DNA of 64,000 nt from Eledone cirrhosa (taxonomy: Eukaryota), in assembly GCA_964016885.1 (NCBI GenBank), contig OZ024743.1, forward strand, positions 279,000,001 to 279,064,000, given 5' to 3'. Positions 45,203 through 59,121 of this stretch are shown here, in pieces (the first letter of the stretch is position 1; every line of letters starts with the position of its first letter). The notes below the pieces were generated by a model. The model saw only the letters and a list, made by a program, of their open reading frames with translations. It made no database searches and was not told where the DNA came from. The translations under genes were made by a program, and so were the position numbers.

Positions 45203-45336
45203 CATATATAGATATATATAAATACATATATATGTGTGTGTGTGTGTGCGCGTGTATATATATATATATCAGTTGTCTGCTGGGGTTATCGGATATTTCT
45301 ACGCATTAAAGACAAGATATCTACCCCCAGTGCGTT

Positions 45337-45378
<42 letters not shown>

Positions 45379-45379
45379 T

Positions 45380-45438
<59 letters not shown>

Positions 45439-45453
45439 TGTGAGTGAGAGAGA

Positions 45454-45503
<50 letters not shown>

Positions 45504-45619
45504 GTTAATAACCAATAACACCATTATTCACCTTAGAACTCCATCCTTGAGAAGATTACAATGTAGATTCAACGCCGTCAGAAAATTACGTATATATATA
45601 TATTACGTATATATATATA

Positions 45620-45686
<67 letters not shown>

Positions 45687-45691
<5 letters not shown>

Positions 45692-45890
45692 AACGAGTAG
45701 GACCCCGACGGCTGAGCTCAAGCCGTTTCGACGGCTAATTCTGGACTAAATTCAGTCCAGAATTAGCCGTCGAAACGGCTTGAGCTCAGCCGTCGGGGTC
45801 CTACTCGTTCCTATTACCCACTCTACTACCCTAAGTATTTAGTACTTTGGTGCGTTATGGTCCACCTGGTTCCTTACCACATTTCCTTCG

Positions 45891-45892
<2 letters not shown>
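45687..45892 (+). mobile_element. Fold-back element, family A (61-bp perfect arms)
   Basis: Arms 45687-45747 and 45754-45814, loop aaattc, tail to 45892. Contains the HHR 3' half GAAA-cggct tgagctc agcc-GTC. Confidence 0.85.
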
Positions 45893-45962
<70 letters not shown>

Positions 45963-45964
45963 AT

Positions 45965-46305
45965 TTACAGGGATTGTAACGTCCAGCTATTGTAGGTTCA
46001 CCAGAGTGACCACCGCGTGCGTAGTTTCCACAAAGTATAGAGGTGTAGTACTAAGAAGAGTGTAATAATAATAAACAGGACGATTTGTTATGTCTTCATT
46101 ACGTTTATTGAGTTGCGTTTCGCTATGATCAGCTCAAGGTTTGATTTAGCCCGACTCTGGAATCAAAAGCTCGTTGGACTTCTGTTGAGGTAAAAAATAA
46201 GTTGTCGATACAGATCGAACATTCAGCTGATCAATAGCGAAGCGCGCGTCATTAATCAATAAACGTAATGAAAACATAACAAATCGTCCTTTTTATTATT
46301 ACTAT
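45965..46305. mobile_element. Diverged fold-back element, family E
   Basis: Imperfect inverted arms ~46064-46150 and ~46205-46303, containing atagc-GAA(A/G)-cgcgc-GTC. ~95 bp left tail. Confidence 0.65.
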
Positions 46306-46311
46306 TGTTAA

Positions 46312-46632
46312 AGGCAAAGCTATCTTCAACGATCTGATTTCAAATCCCGCCGAGGTTAACTTTGCCTTCCATACTTACGGGATCGATAAAATAATGAACC
46401 AGTCACGTACTGGGGTCGATTTAATCGACTTTCTCCTCATCAAAAATTGCTGGCCTTGTGCTTATATAAGAAACCATCATTACTATTATTAAAGGCAAAG
46501 TTATCCTCAACGGTTTGAGTTGAAATCCCGCTGAGGTTAACTTTGCCTTTCATCCTTACGGGGTCGATGAAATAAAGTACCAGTAATGCATTGGTATAGG
46601 TGCTGCCTTTGAGCCAAAAGTAGAAACAATTA
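46312..46632 (+). mobile_element. Two tandem SINE copies with shortened heads
   Basis: Both start ttaaaggcaaagYtatcYtcaacg, followed by the B-box and central domain. Confidence 0.8.
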
Positions 46633-47129
46633 TTATTAAATATATATATCACTTAAATAAGTAGCATCGAGGTGTCAGATTATCATCATTAGTTTATTCA
46701 GCTATGACGAGGATATCTCCCATCATCTGATGAGTTTTGATTACAGAGTCTGGCCAGATCGATACAGATTGAAACTTAAGCTGATCAATAGCTCACAGAA
46801 GTGAGTTTACCGACTTGGGTGTTTCGTTGATCAAACAACTATAGCCCTCATTGTCGGAACCGAAGTAGGTTAAATAACATATGTGCAAGATACATCCCCG
46901 TAGATTAGGTGTCATTCATCAGTCATGTGCTGAGTGGTGAAAGGCTAATTCAGATTTTATAACACCATACACCTTGCCCGTTTGATAAGACCTCGACATG
47001 CGTCTCAGCAATAATCAACCATGAATCAGCCATCTCGTAGTTCTATTGTTTCTGCTCCTTTAAAGTCATGTTTATATATGTCAACATGAATGGATCTATT
47101 ATTTTTATCTAAAGACAATTTTTCCAATT

Positions 47130-47290
47130 CCACCCCGCCCGTCCCTTTAATCCATCTTATTTCTCATTCTTTCTACGGATGAAGGAGTAGCGTCCGAAAC
47201 ATTAAGACCTCTTCCTGCTATTAAAAGCGTTAACCTAATATATTCCTTCCATATACTGTATCGATTGTGTTGTTATTTCTGTTTACCCTT
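47130..47290 (+). mobile_element. pLTR-like remnant with degenerate minimal HHR
   Basis: CGGATGA-a gga gtagcg tcc-GAAA-cattaag-ac at 47176-47208. Confidence 0.45.
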
Positions 47291-47389
47291 TACACACACA
47301 CACACACGTATATATATATATATATATATGTATACAAATATATATATAGATGTATGTGTGTGTGCGTCAGTGCGTGCGTGTGTGTGTGA

Positions 47390-47464
47390 GGGCCGGGTTC
47401 AACGGGAGTAACAACAGTAAAGAAATCATCCTGATGACTTCCTGCGGAAAAAACAGTTCTAGTC
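47390..47464. mobile_element. Deleted family D remnant
   Basis: ccgggttcaacgggagtaacaacagtaa resembles the reverse complement of the 39885-39912 tail. It is followed by CTGATGA-cttcctgcggaa-aaaa-cagttctagtc. Confidence 0.55.
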
Positions 47465-47550
47465 TCTCTCTCACTCTCTTTCTCTCTCTCTCTCTCTTTT
47501 TCTCTATCTCTCTCTCTCCCTGTCTGTATATATATATATATATATATATA

Positions 47551-47947
47551 GTAATAATAATAAATCTGAGGACTAAAATCCAAAGAGGGCTCTATAAGGA
47601 TAAATATATATCAAATATATAAGAACCCTAGAGCAAATATTTATTAAAATAACAGATTAAAGTTTAAGCAAATAATCGCTGCTTTTACCCTTAACATGGT
47701 TTTGTCTTTGCGTGTAATTGTTCTCATAACTCCACGTAACGACGTAGTATCTTCGCTTTTTTTCGTTTATTGCCAGGGAACGTCTTCCCGAACCAAAGTA
47801 TCGTCTTCCTGTTTTCCTTCGGTTGCAGCATTTTTCGAAATATTTAGGTCTGCGTTCACAGATTGATTTTTTTAGTTTCGGAAGATCCCGTTGGGATCCG
47901 TAAGAGTGAAAGCAGCGATTCTTTGCTTAAAATGTTATCTGTTATTT

Positions 47948-47952
<5 letters not shown>
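47551..47952. mobile_element. Family B fold-back element with internal spacer
   Basis: 47551-47695 is near-identical to 14341-14485. Inverted arm 47874-47950 carries agttt-CGGAAGA...GAAA-gcagcgattctttgc-TT. (TA)n flanks. Confidence 0.7.
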
Positions 47953-48002
<50 letters not shown>

Positions 48003-48390
48003 CAAAGTTGTTTCTGATAAAACACAAACTGTGAAACATTAGCTGCATGTGTACTCAGTAATTAAAACTGAGTAAATGTTCTATTTTTCGGCGGCAATAC
48101 ACGCTTCTTACTCTTCCCTTCTACCCCTTCTCTCTCTCAATTTTTCTCTCTCTCACTCTTTATGAGTCGGCTGAGACGCCCAAACTAGAACTTCGAATTG
48201 TATGCCCATTTTCTAGTTCAGAAAATAAGATTTACAATCTATGTACATGTATTGAGTCCTCATTCATTTAATATTTACATGTTTGAAGTAGTACGGAAAT
48301 TTAAAAACCCATTCTGTTTTATATATGTAGATGTTTACTTGCATACATGTTTACATACATACATACATGCATACATTCATACGTACATAA

Positions 48391-48426
<36 letters not shown>

Positions 48427-48434
48427 ATATATAT

Positions 48435-48545
<111 letters not shown>

Positions 48546-48574
48546 TATATACATACATATATATATATATATAT

Positions 48575-48690
<116 letters not shown>

Positions 48691-51554
48691 TGTTTACTGA
48701 TAGAAATAGAGAGGGCGTGATTCAAGGAATGAGAAAAATGATAAGAGGGAGACAATGGTGGATAGGCTTTTGAAATGGTGAAGGAACAAGACAATGGCTG
48801 ACGGAACAGGAGAATGAGTGGCATGGTTGACGGTTTAGGGATTTGCCAGAGTGTCCTCATTAATTGTAGTGTTGTTCTTGCCTATTTTTATGTTGTTTTC
48901 AATGATTCTTGTTATTTATTTTACGTAGATTTGTTGTTCCACTTCTTCGCTGTTATTATAACGGACGTTTTTGTTCTTGTCTTTTTTTATATGTTGCTTC
49001 TTTTTATTTTTTGCTGCGAATCTATGAATACTATCCTAATGGCGCATGTTATATTGTTTCATAATAATAATCCTAGCTCTCGTTGGTGACATGTGTGGCT
49101 TAATGGTTAGAATATCAATCACATAGTAGTGAGTTCGGGTTCAATGCCGGTTGTGTCTGTCCTTCAGCAAGGTACTTTCACGTCGTTTCAGTCTACTCAG
49201 CTGTAAATACATATGAACATTAACCAGAGCTAAACTTGCGACGGAGTACTGTCACTTCTTTTACCCTCAGTCGCTCAACTCCAAATAAAAACGGGTTAAT
49301 TTCTGGCCTTTTAGTATAGGCAGTTCTGGTATGGAATATACATCATCGTTTTCCTCATCATCATTAACATCAACGTGCTTGATTTTACGTCTGGAACCAG
49401 CATAGTAACGCATCGACTCTGTCAATCAATGGCCTTATCATTCAATATAGCACCTATAAAAACAGCAGGTTTTTTCACATTCCTTTTGTGACAGTCATAC
49501 ATTATATCAAATCTATTACGAACGTCAGTCAAGTGAAACTGGGTTAAGGTGTCCACACACTGGGAATTTACTATTTATTCTACGGCACTCACAAAAACAA
49601 CACTCCAGCAAATATCAATTACTCTTCCAAGCTTCCCTGACGTCATTAACTTTGATATGTCAACCTTCCTTTCTCCACACGGTGCCAAATGGAAGGACTA
49701 AATTCTTTTGAAAATTTCATGTCTGAATATGACAGTATGCATGGATGTATGTATTTTCAATATATCGAAGATCGATAAACTGTAACTTATGTATTACCCT
49801 ATAATCCATTGTTGGCGAATTGGCAATAGGCGTTAGAGTGTAAGAGAAAATGCATTGCATTACTTGCTCCGGCTCCATGGCCATTGAGTTAACATTTCGC
49901 CGGTCGATAATAAAACTAACATGGCGGAATTGTTAGAGTAAATGATGGGAAGTGTTGCGGTAACTGTCTCGGCTTTGTGATTCAGAGTTCTAAATCCGCC
50001 TGCTGTCACTGGAAAAATGACATAATAGGACTGGGACTCTGTCATTATAACACTCAAAACTACTTACGAGAGATATACTATAATAAAAAAATCGACTAAA
50101 CCTACACACTGTTATGAGCCACAGCAACAATAATAACAACAACAAAAATGCTTTTGAAACCATCAAATAATTGATCTCAAACGAGTGGAATATTTAAATA
50201 TATCGGAGTCATAGATGCATGAATTATCGATATATCGAAGTTCAATAAACTGGAATTCAAGCATAACCATATACTACATTCGAACATGTTACACTTCAAT
50301 GGGCAGGGGATTGGTAAAATTGGTAAAGCGTAGAATAAATTGGCATTGCGGCATTTGTTCTGCTTCTTTACGTCCTGAGTTCAAATTCCGCCAAGGTCAA
50401 CATTGCTTTTCCTCCTTCTTGGTGTGATAACATAAAATGCTAGTCACGTTGATTTAATCAACTTTACCCCTCCCAAAACTTTGTTGGCCTTGTACCTAAA
50501 TAAGAAATCAATAAATTATACATCAATCCATTAACAATTTCATACTGCAGTGCACCACTTACTTTCAGAGATGTCATTGACTTTCAACGAGGAAATTTCT
50601 ACGCGGTCACTATACCTGCTCAAAACCGCATCCCACAGTTAAACCAATAAAACATATATTGGAAAATTTAGTTAGATGATAAATTAGCAGAAGTGCTTGA
50701 TAATTAGACGAAATTCCTTACAGTATTAATTCTGGTTCTTTTCGTTCTCATTTTAAATCCTGCTGAGGTAATCTGTGAGGTAATACTTTCCGTCTCAATA
50801 ATGTACGAGTCCCCGGCAGTAAACCGACAGAATTAAGTATTAAGTATTGTGGTATTTGCTCGGAATATTTGCATTCTGAAAAAGTAAACCATTGATTACA
50901 TTAATGGAATAGATGATATTCAAATTACCGAGACCAGACGATATATGATGGTGTTAGTTAGTCTTTGATATACAACATAATATGTTCACAACTTAAACTC
51001 ATTTTATCATAGCTATGCTCTTTTATGACGTACCTGGGATTAAAGAAACATAACAATAACAATTTCTAAATGAGTATCTCTATGATTTCGCTTTTGTGTT
51101 TGTTTTGCAGGATTCTTCATACCGAGTTGCATTTGATAAACAACACTCAAACCTAAGGAATAAATAGGTAGGGACGCAGCCTGTACGTAGTTTCTTTTTT
51201 TTTATATGGTTTAATCGGCGGAAGGGCAATGTCCATGATCATTTTCGTGTCGTCCGCTACAAGTAGGCAAAGGAAAGATGTTATCCTCAGATCACAGAAT
51301 TGACTTGAGAGAATTTCGTTAAATACAACCAAGGACCAGATGGTTGAGTTAAATTAGGTGAAGGATCATTCTTCTAGCCTCAATCAGGAAAGGTCCATTC
51401 GAGAACTTCAACACAGTTTCCGTCCTCTAAATTTCACTCAAAAGGCTTTAGTCTACCTGACGTACTGGTAGAACATACTTTCTCTAAAATATCGTAAAGT
51501 GGCATCAAACCCCAAACCACGTAATTGTCAAATGATTATTTTTATTGGAAAACA

Positions 51555-51732
51555 CTCCTAGAAATAGCAATAATATTTCTTAAAATCATACACTTCCGTT
51601 TTAAAAATTGAAAGTATCATTAGATATATTATCTAGCCCTAGACACTTCACTAGATAGGAGCGGCACAGATAGAATGGTTTTGATTAAAGCTATGCTTAA
51701 TCAGTGTTGACCTGGGGCTAAACAACAATCCA
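51555..51732 (+). repeat. Old dispersed repeat (related copies at ~28330-28500, 60960-61135, and minus ~26870-27050, 52120-52810)
   Basis: Shared ctagaaatagca...aaatcaNac...ccgtYttaaa...ggggctaaacaacaa motifs. Confidence 0.5.
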
Positions 51733-52218
51733 AACATGACATGAAATAATTTAAAATTACTTCAGAAGTCATGTCAAGGTGTTTGTTATCAAATATTATA
51801 TTGATGTTGTTATCGTTGTGGCCACTAATATTGTTGTCGTTGCTGTTGCTATCGTTGTTTTTGTTGCTGCTGTTGTCGTTGTTGTGGTTGATGTCGTTGT
51901 TGTTGTTGTTGCTCTTATTGTTATTGTTGACGGTTTTGCTGTTGTTTTTATTGTTGGGTTGTGTTGCTGCCACTGTTGTTATTGTTGTTGCTATTGTTGT
52001 TATTGCTGCTGCTGCTGCTGTTGCTATTGTTATTGTTATTCCTTTGCTATTCCTATTGCTGTTGTTGTTGTGGCTGCTGTTGTTGTTGACGCTGCTGCTG
52101 CTGGTGTTGCTGTTGTTGATTAACTCCAATCCAGCCCTGAACCATCAGACCATTGAAATAAAACTTTCCAGCCGTGACTATAATGTTTTATTTTTCAGAC
52201 ATAGTATATCTACGATTA

Positions 52219-52722
52219 TAACTTTGCCTTTCATCCTTACGGGGTCGATAAAATAAAGTACCAGTAATGTACTGGGTAATTGCTGGTCTTGTGCCAAAAG
52301 TAGAAACAATTATATTATCCTGTAGTTTCTTGCTTTTATAAGACGGTAGTGATCAGAAGGCTGTTATCGTTATCATGTTGAAGGAATCTTTAAAGGACCC
52401 CCTCATTGGTGCGTATTTGCTTTTGCGATTGTTGCTATTTATTGTTCTTGTATTTAATCACGAATGAGGAAGACAATAATCAAAAGGCATTCCGGTTTTG
52501 CCCACCTCGTAGGATTTTATTTTTCAGATATAGTGTATTTTTGACCACTGGCAGTATCGGTAGAGAGTCGGACGCCATGCTTTCCAGCATAGTTACGTCC
52601 CTTTACGATCTGAGTTCAAATCCCGCCGAGGTTAACTTTGCCGTTCATCTTTACGGGGTCGATAAAATAAAGTACCTGTAATTTACTGGGTAATTGCTGG
52701 CCTTGTGCCAAAAGTAGAAACA
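52219..52722 (+). mobile_element. SINE copies (52219-52312 5'-truncated; 52548-52722)
   Basis: Family sequence. Confidence 0.85.
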
Positions 52723-53179
52723 AAAAAAAATAGAAACAATCATCTAATGTGTCTAAAGACGGTAGTGAGTTAATTTAAGGAGATGTTATTGCTATGTCTA
52801 GAGTTCCAGTGACCACATGTAGGCCTATTCATGTTGTTAATGTTGTTGTTGCTGATGATAATTGTGATGGTAGATATTGTTCAACGGGTATAAGTAGTGA
52901 AAATGATGTAGTTGTTGTTGTTTAGATTAGTGCAAATGTTGTTAGTTGCGCAAGAGCTGTTTACTGTTTTGATGGAGAGGAGGTGTTGGTGACGGTAATA
53001 GGGTGTTGTTAATGGTGCTAGTGGTAGTGATGGTGATGGTGGTGATGGTGATGGTGGTGGTAGTGGTGGTGGTTGTGGTGGTGGTGGTGCTAATAGTTCT
53101 GTGGTAGATGTATCGGTTGTGTTGGTGTTGTAGCGAGGACGGTAGAGAAATATGGAGTATATGTGTAATGGAGTTTGTG

Positions 53180-54030
53180 ATGGTGACATTGGTGGCGGGG
53201 TGGTGTTGGAGGTGGTGACATTGGTGGCGGTGGTGGTGTTGGTGTTGGTGATGGTGACATTGGTGGCGGTGGTGGTGTTGGTGGTGGTGACATTGGTGGC
53301 GGTGGTGGTGACATTGGTGGCGGTGGTGGTGTTGGAGGTGGTGACATTGGTGGCGGTGGTGGTGTTGGTGGTGGTGATGGTGACATTGGTGGCGGTGGTG
53401 GTGTTGGAGGTGGTGACATTGGTGGCGGTGGTGGTGTTGATGGTGGTGACATTGGTGGCGGTGGTGGTGTTGGTGGTGGTGATGGTGACATTGGTGGCGG
53501 TGGTGGTGTTGGTGGTGGTGATGGTGACATTGGTGGCGGTGGTGGTGTTGGTGGTGGTGATGGTGACATTGGTGGCGGTGGTGGTGTTGGAGGTGGTGAC
53601 ATTGGTGGCGGTGGTGGTGTTGATGGTGGTGACATTGGTGGCGGTGGTGGTGTTGGTGGTGGTGATGGTGACATTGGTGGCGGTGGTGGTGTTGGTGGTG
53701 GTGATGGTGACATTGGTGGCGGTGGTGGTGTTGGTGGTGGTGTTGGTGGAGGTGACATTGGTGGCGGTGGTGGTGTTGATGGTGATGACATTGGTGGCGG
53801 TGGTGGTGTTGGTGGTGGTGATGGTGACATTGGTGGCGGTGGTGGTGTTGGTGGTGGTGATGGAGACATTGGTGGCGGTGGTGGTGTTGGTGGTGGTGAT
53901 GGTGACAGTGGTGGCGGGGGTGGTGTTGGTGGTGGTGATGGTGACAGTGGTGATGGTGACATTGGTGGTGGTGGTGGTGGTGGTGTTGGCGGTGGTGATG
54001 GTGTCAGTGGTGATGGTGACATTGGTGGTG
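53180..54030 (+). repeat. 33-39-bp GGT-rich minisatellite
   Basis: Unit ggtgacattggtggcggtggtggtgttggtggtggtgat and variants. Confidence 0.95.
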
Positions 54031-54662
54031 TTGGTAGTGTTCAGTGTAGTGAGATTGTGGTGATAGAGGTAGAAGTTATGAAGGTGGTTTTGGCGGTGGT
54101 GGTAGTGGTAGTGTAATTGGTGGTCGTGATGGTGGCGGTGGTATTGTTGTTCATTGTAGTGAGGTTGTGGTGATGGAGTTAGAAATTGTGAAGGTGGTTT
54201 TGGTGGTGGTGGTAGTTGTAGTGAAATTGGTGGTGGTGGTGGTGGCGGTAGTGGAGGAGAGTCAGTAATGTCCAGCTGTGTAAGGCAAATACAAGGGCTA
54301 CATTAAGGATGCGTACTTCGCTGAACCCCGACCAACACCCCATCAATGGGGACGGAAATGATAGGGTGTTAGCAGCTGTGTAACTTCTGCATGTGTGGGT
54401 AACGGCGTGGTGGATGATGCGAGCCTGTATGTGTGCCTGAATGTGTGTGTGTATTTGTCTATATTTGTGTATGCACATGTGTGTCTTTGTGTTTTTCTCT
54501 ATTTCTCTGTGTGTGTGTGTGTATACGTGTGTGTGTGTGTGACTATGTGTTTGTGTCTGTGTGTCGTTGAATGTTGGTGTGTCTCTATGTGCGTGAGTCA
54601 GTTTTTGTCTACGTGTCTGTATGTGCGTGTGTGTATGTGTGTGTGTGTGTGTTTGTGTGTGC

Positions 54663-54699
<37 letters not shown>

Positions 54700-54706
54700 T
54701 GTGTGC

Positions 54707-54774
<68 letters not shown>

Positions 54775-55224
54775 GTGTGTGTGTGTGTGTTCCTGTTTGT
54801 CTGTGTGGATGGCGGAGATGGTGATGGTCGTGATGGCGTGGGCGGCTGCAGAGATGGAATAGTCGATAATGGAGTCGATGGTAGATTGTAATGCTGGAGG
54901 TAATGTTGGTGACGGTGGTGGTCTTGTGGGTAATGATGGCAGTGATGTACAGATGTGATGGTGGTGGTTGGTTATGGTGGTTAGGAAGTGTGTGTGGGGG
55001 GGGGGGGGCAGGTTATGGTGTTGATGTGTTATGCTGGTGGTGGTGGTGGTGGAGATGTGTGATGGGAGAGGTGAGGGAGCTGGTGACGTTAATGGGAGAG
55101 CGGTTATTGGTAATGGTAGTGGTGATGTGGTTGTGGTGGTGGAGGCGGCTGCGGGCGTGGTGGTGGTGGTGCCGGTTGTTATGGTGCTTGTGGCTGAGGT
55201 AATGTTGATAAAGGTGGTGGTTCA

Positions 55225-58200
55225 GTTGGTGGTGGTGTTGGTGCTGATGATGGTGATGGTGGTGGTGTTGGTGCTGATGATGGTGGTGGTGGTGGTGGTG
55301 TTGGTGCTGCTGATGGTGGTGGTGGTGGTGTTGGTGCTGATGATGGTGATGGTGGTGGTGTTGGTGCTGAAGATGGTGATGGTGGTGGTGTTGTTACTGA
55401 TGATGGTGGTGGTGTTGGTGCTGATGATGGTGATGGTGGTGGTGTTGGTGCTGATGATGGTGGTGGTGGTGGTGTTGGTGCTGATGATGGTGATGGTGGT
55501 GGTGTTGGTGCTGATGATGGTGATGGTGGTGGTGTTGGTGCTGATGATGGTGATGGTGGTGGTGTTGGTGCTGATGATGGTGGTGGTGTTGGTGGTGATG
55601 ATGGTGATGGTGGTTGTGTTGGTGCTGATGATGGCGATGGTGGTGGTGTTGGTGCTGATGATGGTGGTGGTGATGGTGTTGGTGGTGATGATGGTGATGG
55701 TGGTGGTGTTGGTGGTGATGATGGTGATGGTGGTGGTGTTGGTGCTGATGATGGTGGTGGTGGTGTTGGTGGTGATGATGGCGATGGTGGTGGTGTTGGT
55801 GCTGATGATGGTGGTGGTGGTGGTGTTGGTGCTGATGATGGTGATGGTGGTGGTGTTGGTGGTGATGATGGTGATGGTGGTGGTGTTGGTGGTGATGATG
55901 GTGATGGTGGTGGTGTTGGTGCTGATGATGGTGGTGGTGATGGTGTTGGTGCTGATGATGGTGGTGGTGATGGTGTTGGTGGTGATGATGGTGATGGTGG
56001 TGGTGTTGGTGCTGATGATGGTGGTGGTGGTGGTGTTGGTGGTGATGATGGTGATGGTGGTGGTGTTGGTGGTGATGATGGTGGTGGTGGTGGTGTTGGT
56101 GCTGATGATGGTGATGGTGGTGGTGTTGGTGGTGATGATGGTGATGGTGGTGGTGTTGGTGCTGATGATGGTGGTGGTGGTGTTGGTGGTGATGACGGTG
56201 ATGGTGGTGGTGTTGGTGGTGATGATGGTGGTGGTGGTGGTGTTGGTGCTGATGATGGTGATGGTGGTGGTGTTGGTGGTGATGATGGTGATGGTGGTGG
56301 TGTTGGTGCTGATGATGGTGGTGGTGGTGTTGGTGGTGATGATGGCGATGGTGGTGGTGTTGGTGCTGATGATGGTGGTGGTGGTGGTGTTGGTGCTGAT
56401 GATGGTGATGGTGGTGGTGTTGGTGGTGATGATGGTGATGGTGGTGGTGTTGGTGGTGATGATGGTGATGGTGGTGGTGTTGGTGCTGATGATGGTGGTG
56501 GTGGTGTTGGTGCTGGTGATGATGGTGATGGTGGTGGTGTTGGTGGTGGTGTTGGTGGTGATGATGGTGATGGTGGTGGTGTTGGTGCTGATGATGGTGA
56601 TGGTGGTGGTGTTGGTGCTGATGATGGTGGTGGTGGTGGTGTTGGTGCTGATGATGGGGATGGTGGTGGTGGTGTTGTTGCTGATGATGGTGATGGTGAT
56701 GGTGTTGGTGCTGATGATGGTGATGGTGGTGGTGTTGGTGCTGATGATGGGGATGGTGGTGGTGTTGTTGCTGATGATGGTGATGGTGATGGTGATGGTG
56801 GTGGTGCTGATGATGGTGATGGTGGTGGTGTTGGTGCTGATGATGGTGATGGTGGTGGTGTTGGTGCTGATGATGGTGGTGGTGTTGGTGCTGATGATGG
56901 TGGTGGTGTTGGTGCTGATGATGGTGATGGTGGTGGTATTGGTGGTGATGATGGTGATGGTGGTGGTGTTGGTGCTGATGATGGTGATGGTGGTGGTGTT
57001 GGTGCTGATGATGGTGATGGTGGTGGTGTTGGTGCTGATGATGGTGGTGGTGGTGGTATTGGTGGGGATGATGGTGATGGTGGTGGTGTTGGTGCTGATG
57101 ATGGTGATGGTGGTGGTGTTGGTGCTGATGATGGTGATGGTGGTGGTGTTGGTGCTGATGATGGTGGTGGTGGTGGTGTTGGTGGTGATGATGGTGGTGG
57201 TGGTGGTGTTGGTGGTGATGATGGTGATGGTGGTGGTGTTGGTGCTGATGATGGCGATGGTGGTGGTGTTGGTGGTGATGATGGTGATGGTGGTGGTGTT
57301 GGTGCTGATGATGGCGATGGTGGTGGTGTTGGTGGTGATGATGGTGGTGGTGGTGGTGTTGGTGCTGATGATGGTGGTGGTGGTGGTGTTGGTGGTGATG
57401 ATGGTGATGGGGGTGGTGTTGGTGCTGATGATGGTGATGGTGGTGGTGTTGGTGGTGATGATGGTGGTGGTGGTGGTGTTGGTGCTGATGATGGTGGTGG
57501 TGGTGGTGTTGGTGGTGATGATGGTGATGGTGGTGGTGTTTGTGCTGATGATGGTGATGGTGGTGGTGTTGGTGGTGATGATGGTGATGGTGGTGGTGTT
57601 GGTGGTGATGATGGTGATGGTGGTGGTGTTGGTGCTGATGATGGCGATGGTGGTGGTGTTGGTGCTGATGATGGTGGTGGTGTTGGTGGTGATGATGGTG
57701 ATGGTGGTGGTGTTGGTGCTGGTGATGGTGATGGTGGTGGTGTTGGTGGTGATGATGGTGATGGTGGTGGTGTTGGTGGTGATGATGGTGATGGTGGTGG
57801 TGTTGGTGCTGATGATGGTGATGGTGGTGGTGTTGGTGGTGATGATGGTGATGGTGGTGGTGTTGGTGCTGATGATGGTGATGGTGGTGGTGTTGGTGGT
57901 GATGATGGTGGTGGTTGTGGTGTTGGTGCTGATGATGGTGATGGTGGTGGTGTTGGTGGTGATGATGGCGATGGTGGTGGTGTTGGTAGTGATGATGGTG
58001 ATGGTGGTGGTGTTGGTGCTGATGATGGTGGTGGTGTTGGTGGTGATGATGGTGATGGTGGTGGTGTTGGTGCTGATGATGGTGGTGGTGGTGGTGTTGG
58101 TGCTGATGATGGTGATGGTGGTTGTGTTGGTGGTGATGATGGTGATGGTGGTGGTGTTGGTGCTGATGATGGTGGTGGTGGTGGTGTTGGTGCTGATGAT

Positions 58201-59050
58201 GTTGATGGTGGTTGTGTTGGTGGTGATGATGGTGATGGTGGTGGTGTTGGTGCTGATGATGGTGATGGTGATGGTGTTGGTGGTGATGATGGTGATGGTG
58301 GTGGTGTTGGTGCTGATGATGGTGGTGGTTGTGGTGTTGGTGCTGATGATGGTGATGGTGGTTGTGTTGGTGGTGATGATGGTGATGGTGGTGGTGTTGG
58401 TGCTGATGATGGTGATGGTGGTGGTGTTGGTGCTGATGATGGTGATGGTGGTGGTGTTGGTGCTGATGATGGCGATGGTGGTGGTGTTGGTAGTGATGAT
58501 GGTGATGGTGGTGGTGTTGGTGCTGATGATGGTGGTGGTGGTGGTGTTGGTGGTGATGATGGTGATGGTGGTGGTGTTGGTGCTGACGATGGTGGTGGTG
58601 GTGGTGTTGGTGCTGATGATGGTGATGGTGGTTGTGTTGGTGGTGATGATGGTGATGGTGGTGGTGTTGGTGCTGATGATGGTGGTGGTGGTGGTGTTGG
58701 TGCTGATGATGTTGATGGTGGTTGTGTTGGTGGTGATGATGGTGATGGTGGTGGTGTTGGTGCTGATGATGGTGGTGGTGGTGGTGTTGGTGCTGATGAT
58801 GGTGATGGTGATGGTGTTGGTGGTGATGATGGTGATGGTGGTGGTGGTGTTGGTGCTGATGATGGTGGTGGTGGTGGTGTTGGTGCTGAAGATGGTGATG
58901 GTGGTTGTGTTGGTGGTGATGATGGTGATGGTGGTGGTGTTGGTGCTGATGATGGTGATGGTGGTGGTGTTGGTGCTGATGATGGTGATGGTGGTGGTGT
59001 TGGTGCTGATGATGGTGGTGGTGGTTGTGTTGGTGCTGATGATGGTGACG
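55225..59050 (+). repeat. ~3.8-kb 30-bp minisatellite
   Basis: Unit ggtggtggtgttggtgStgatgatggtgat; length variants differ by whole triplets. Confidence 0.95.
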
Positions 59051-59121
59051 GTTGTGGTACTGTTAGTATTGTTTATGGTGTTATAGGTGGCGTTGGTGGC
59101 AGTGACATTGTTGTAATGTAA

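Noticed and set aside
55031-59086. 1351-aa V/M/L ORF
   Set aside because: Translation of a triplet-based 30-bp minisatellite; several frames are open for the same reason and there is no domain.
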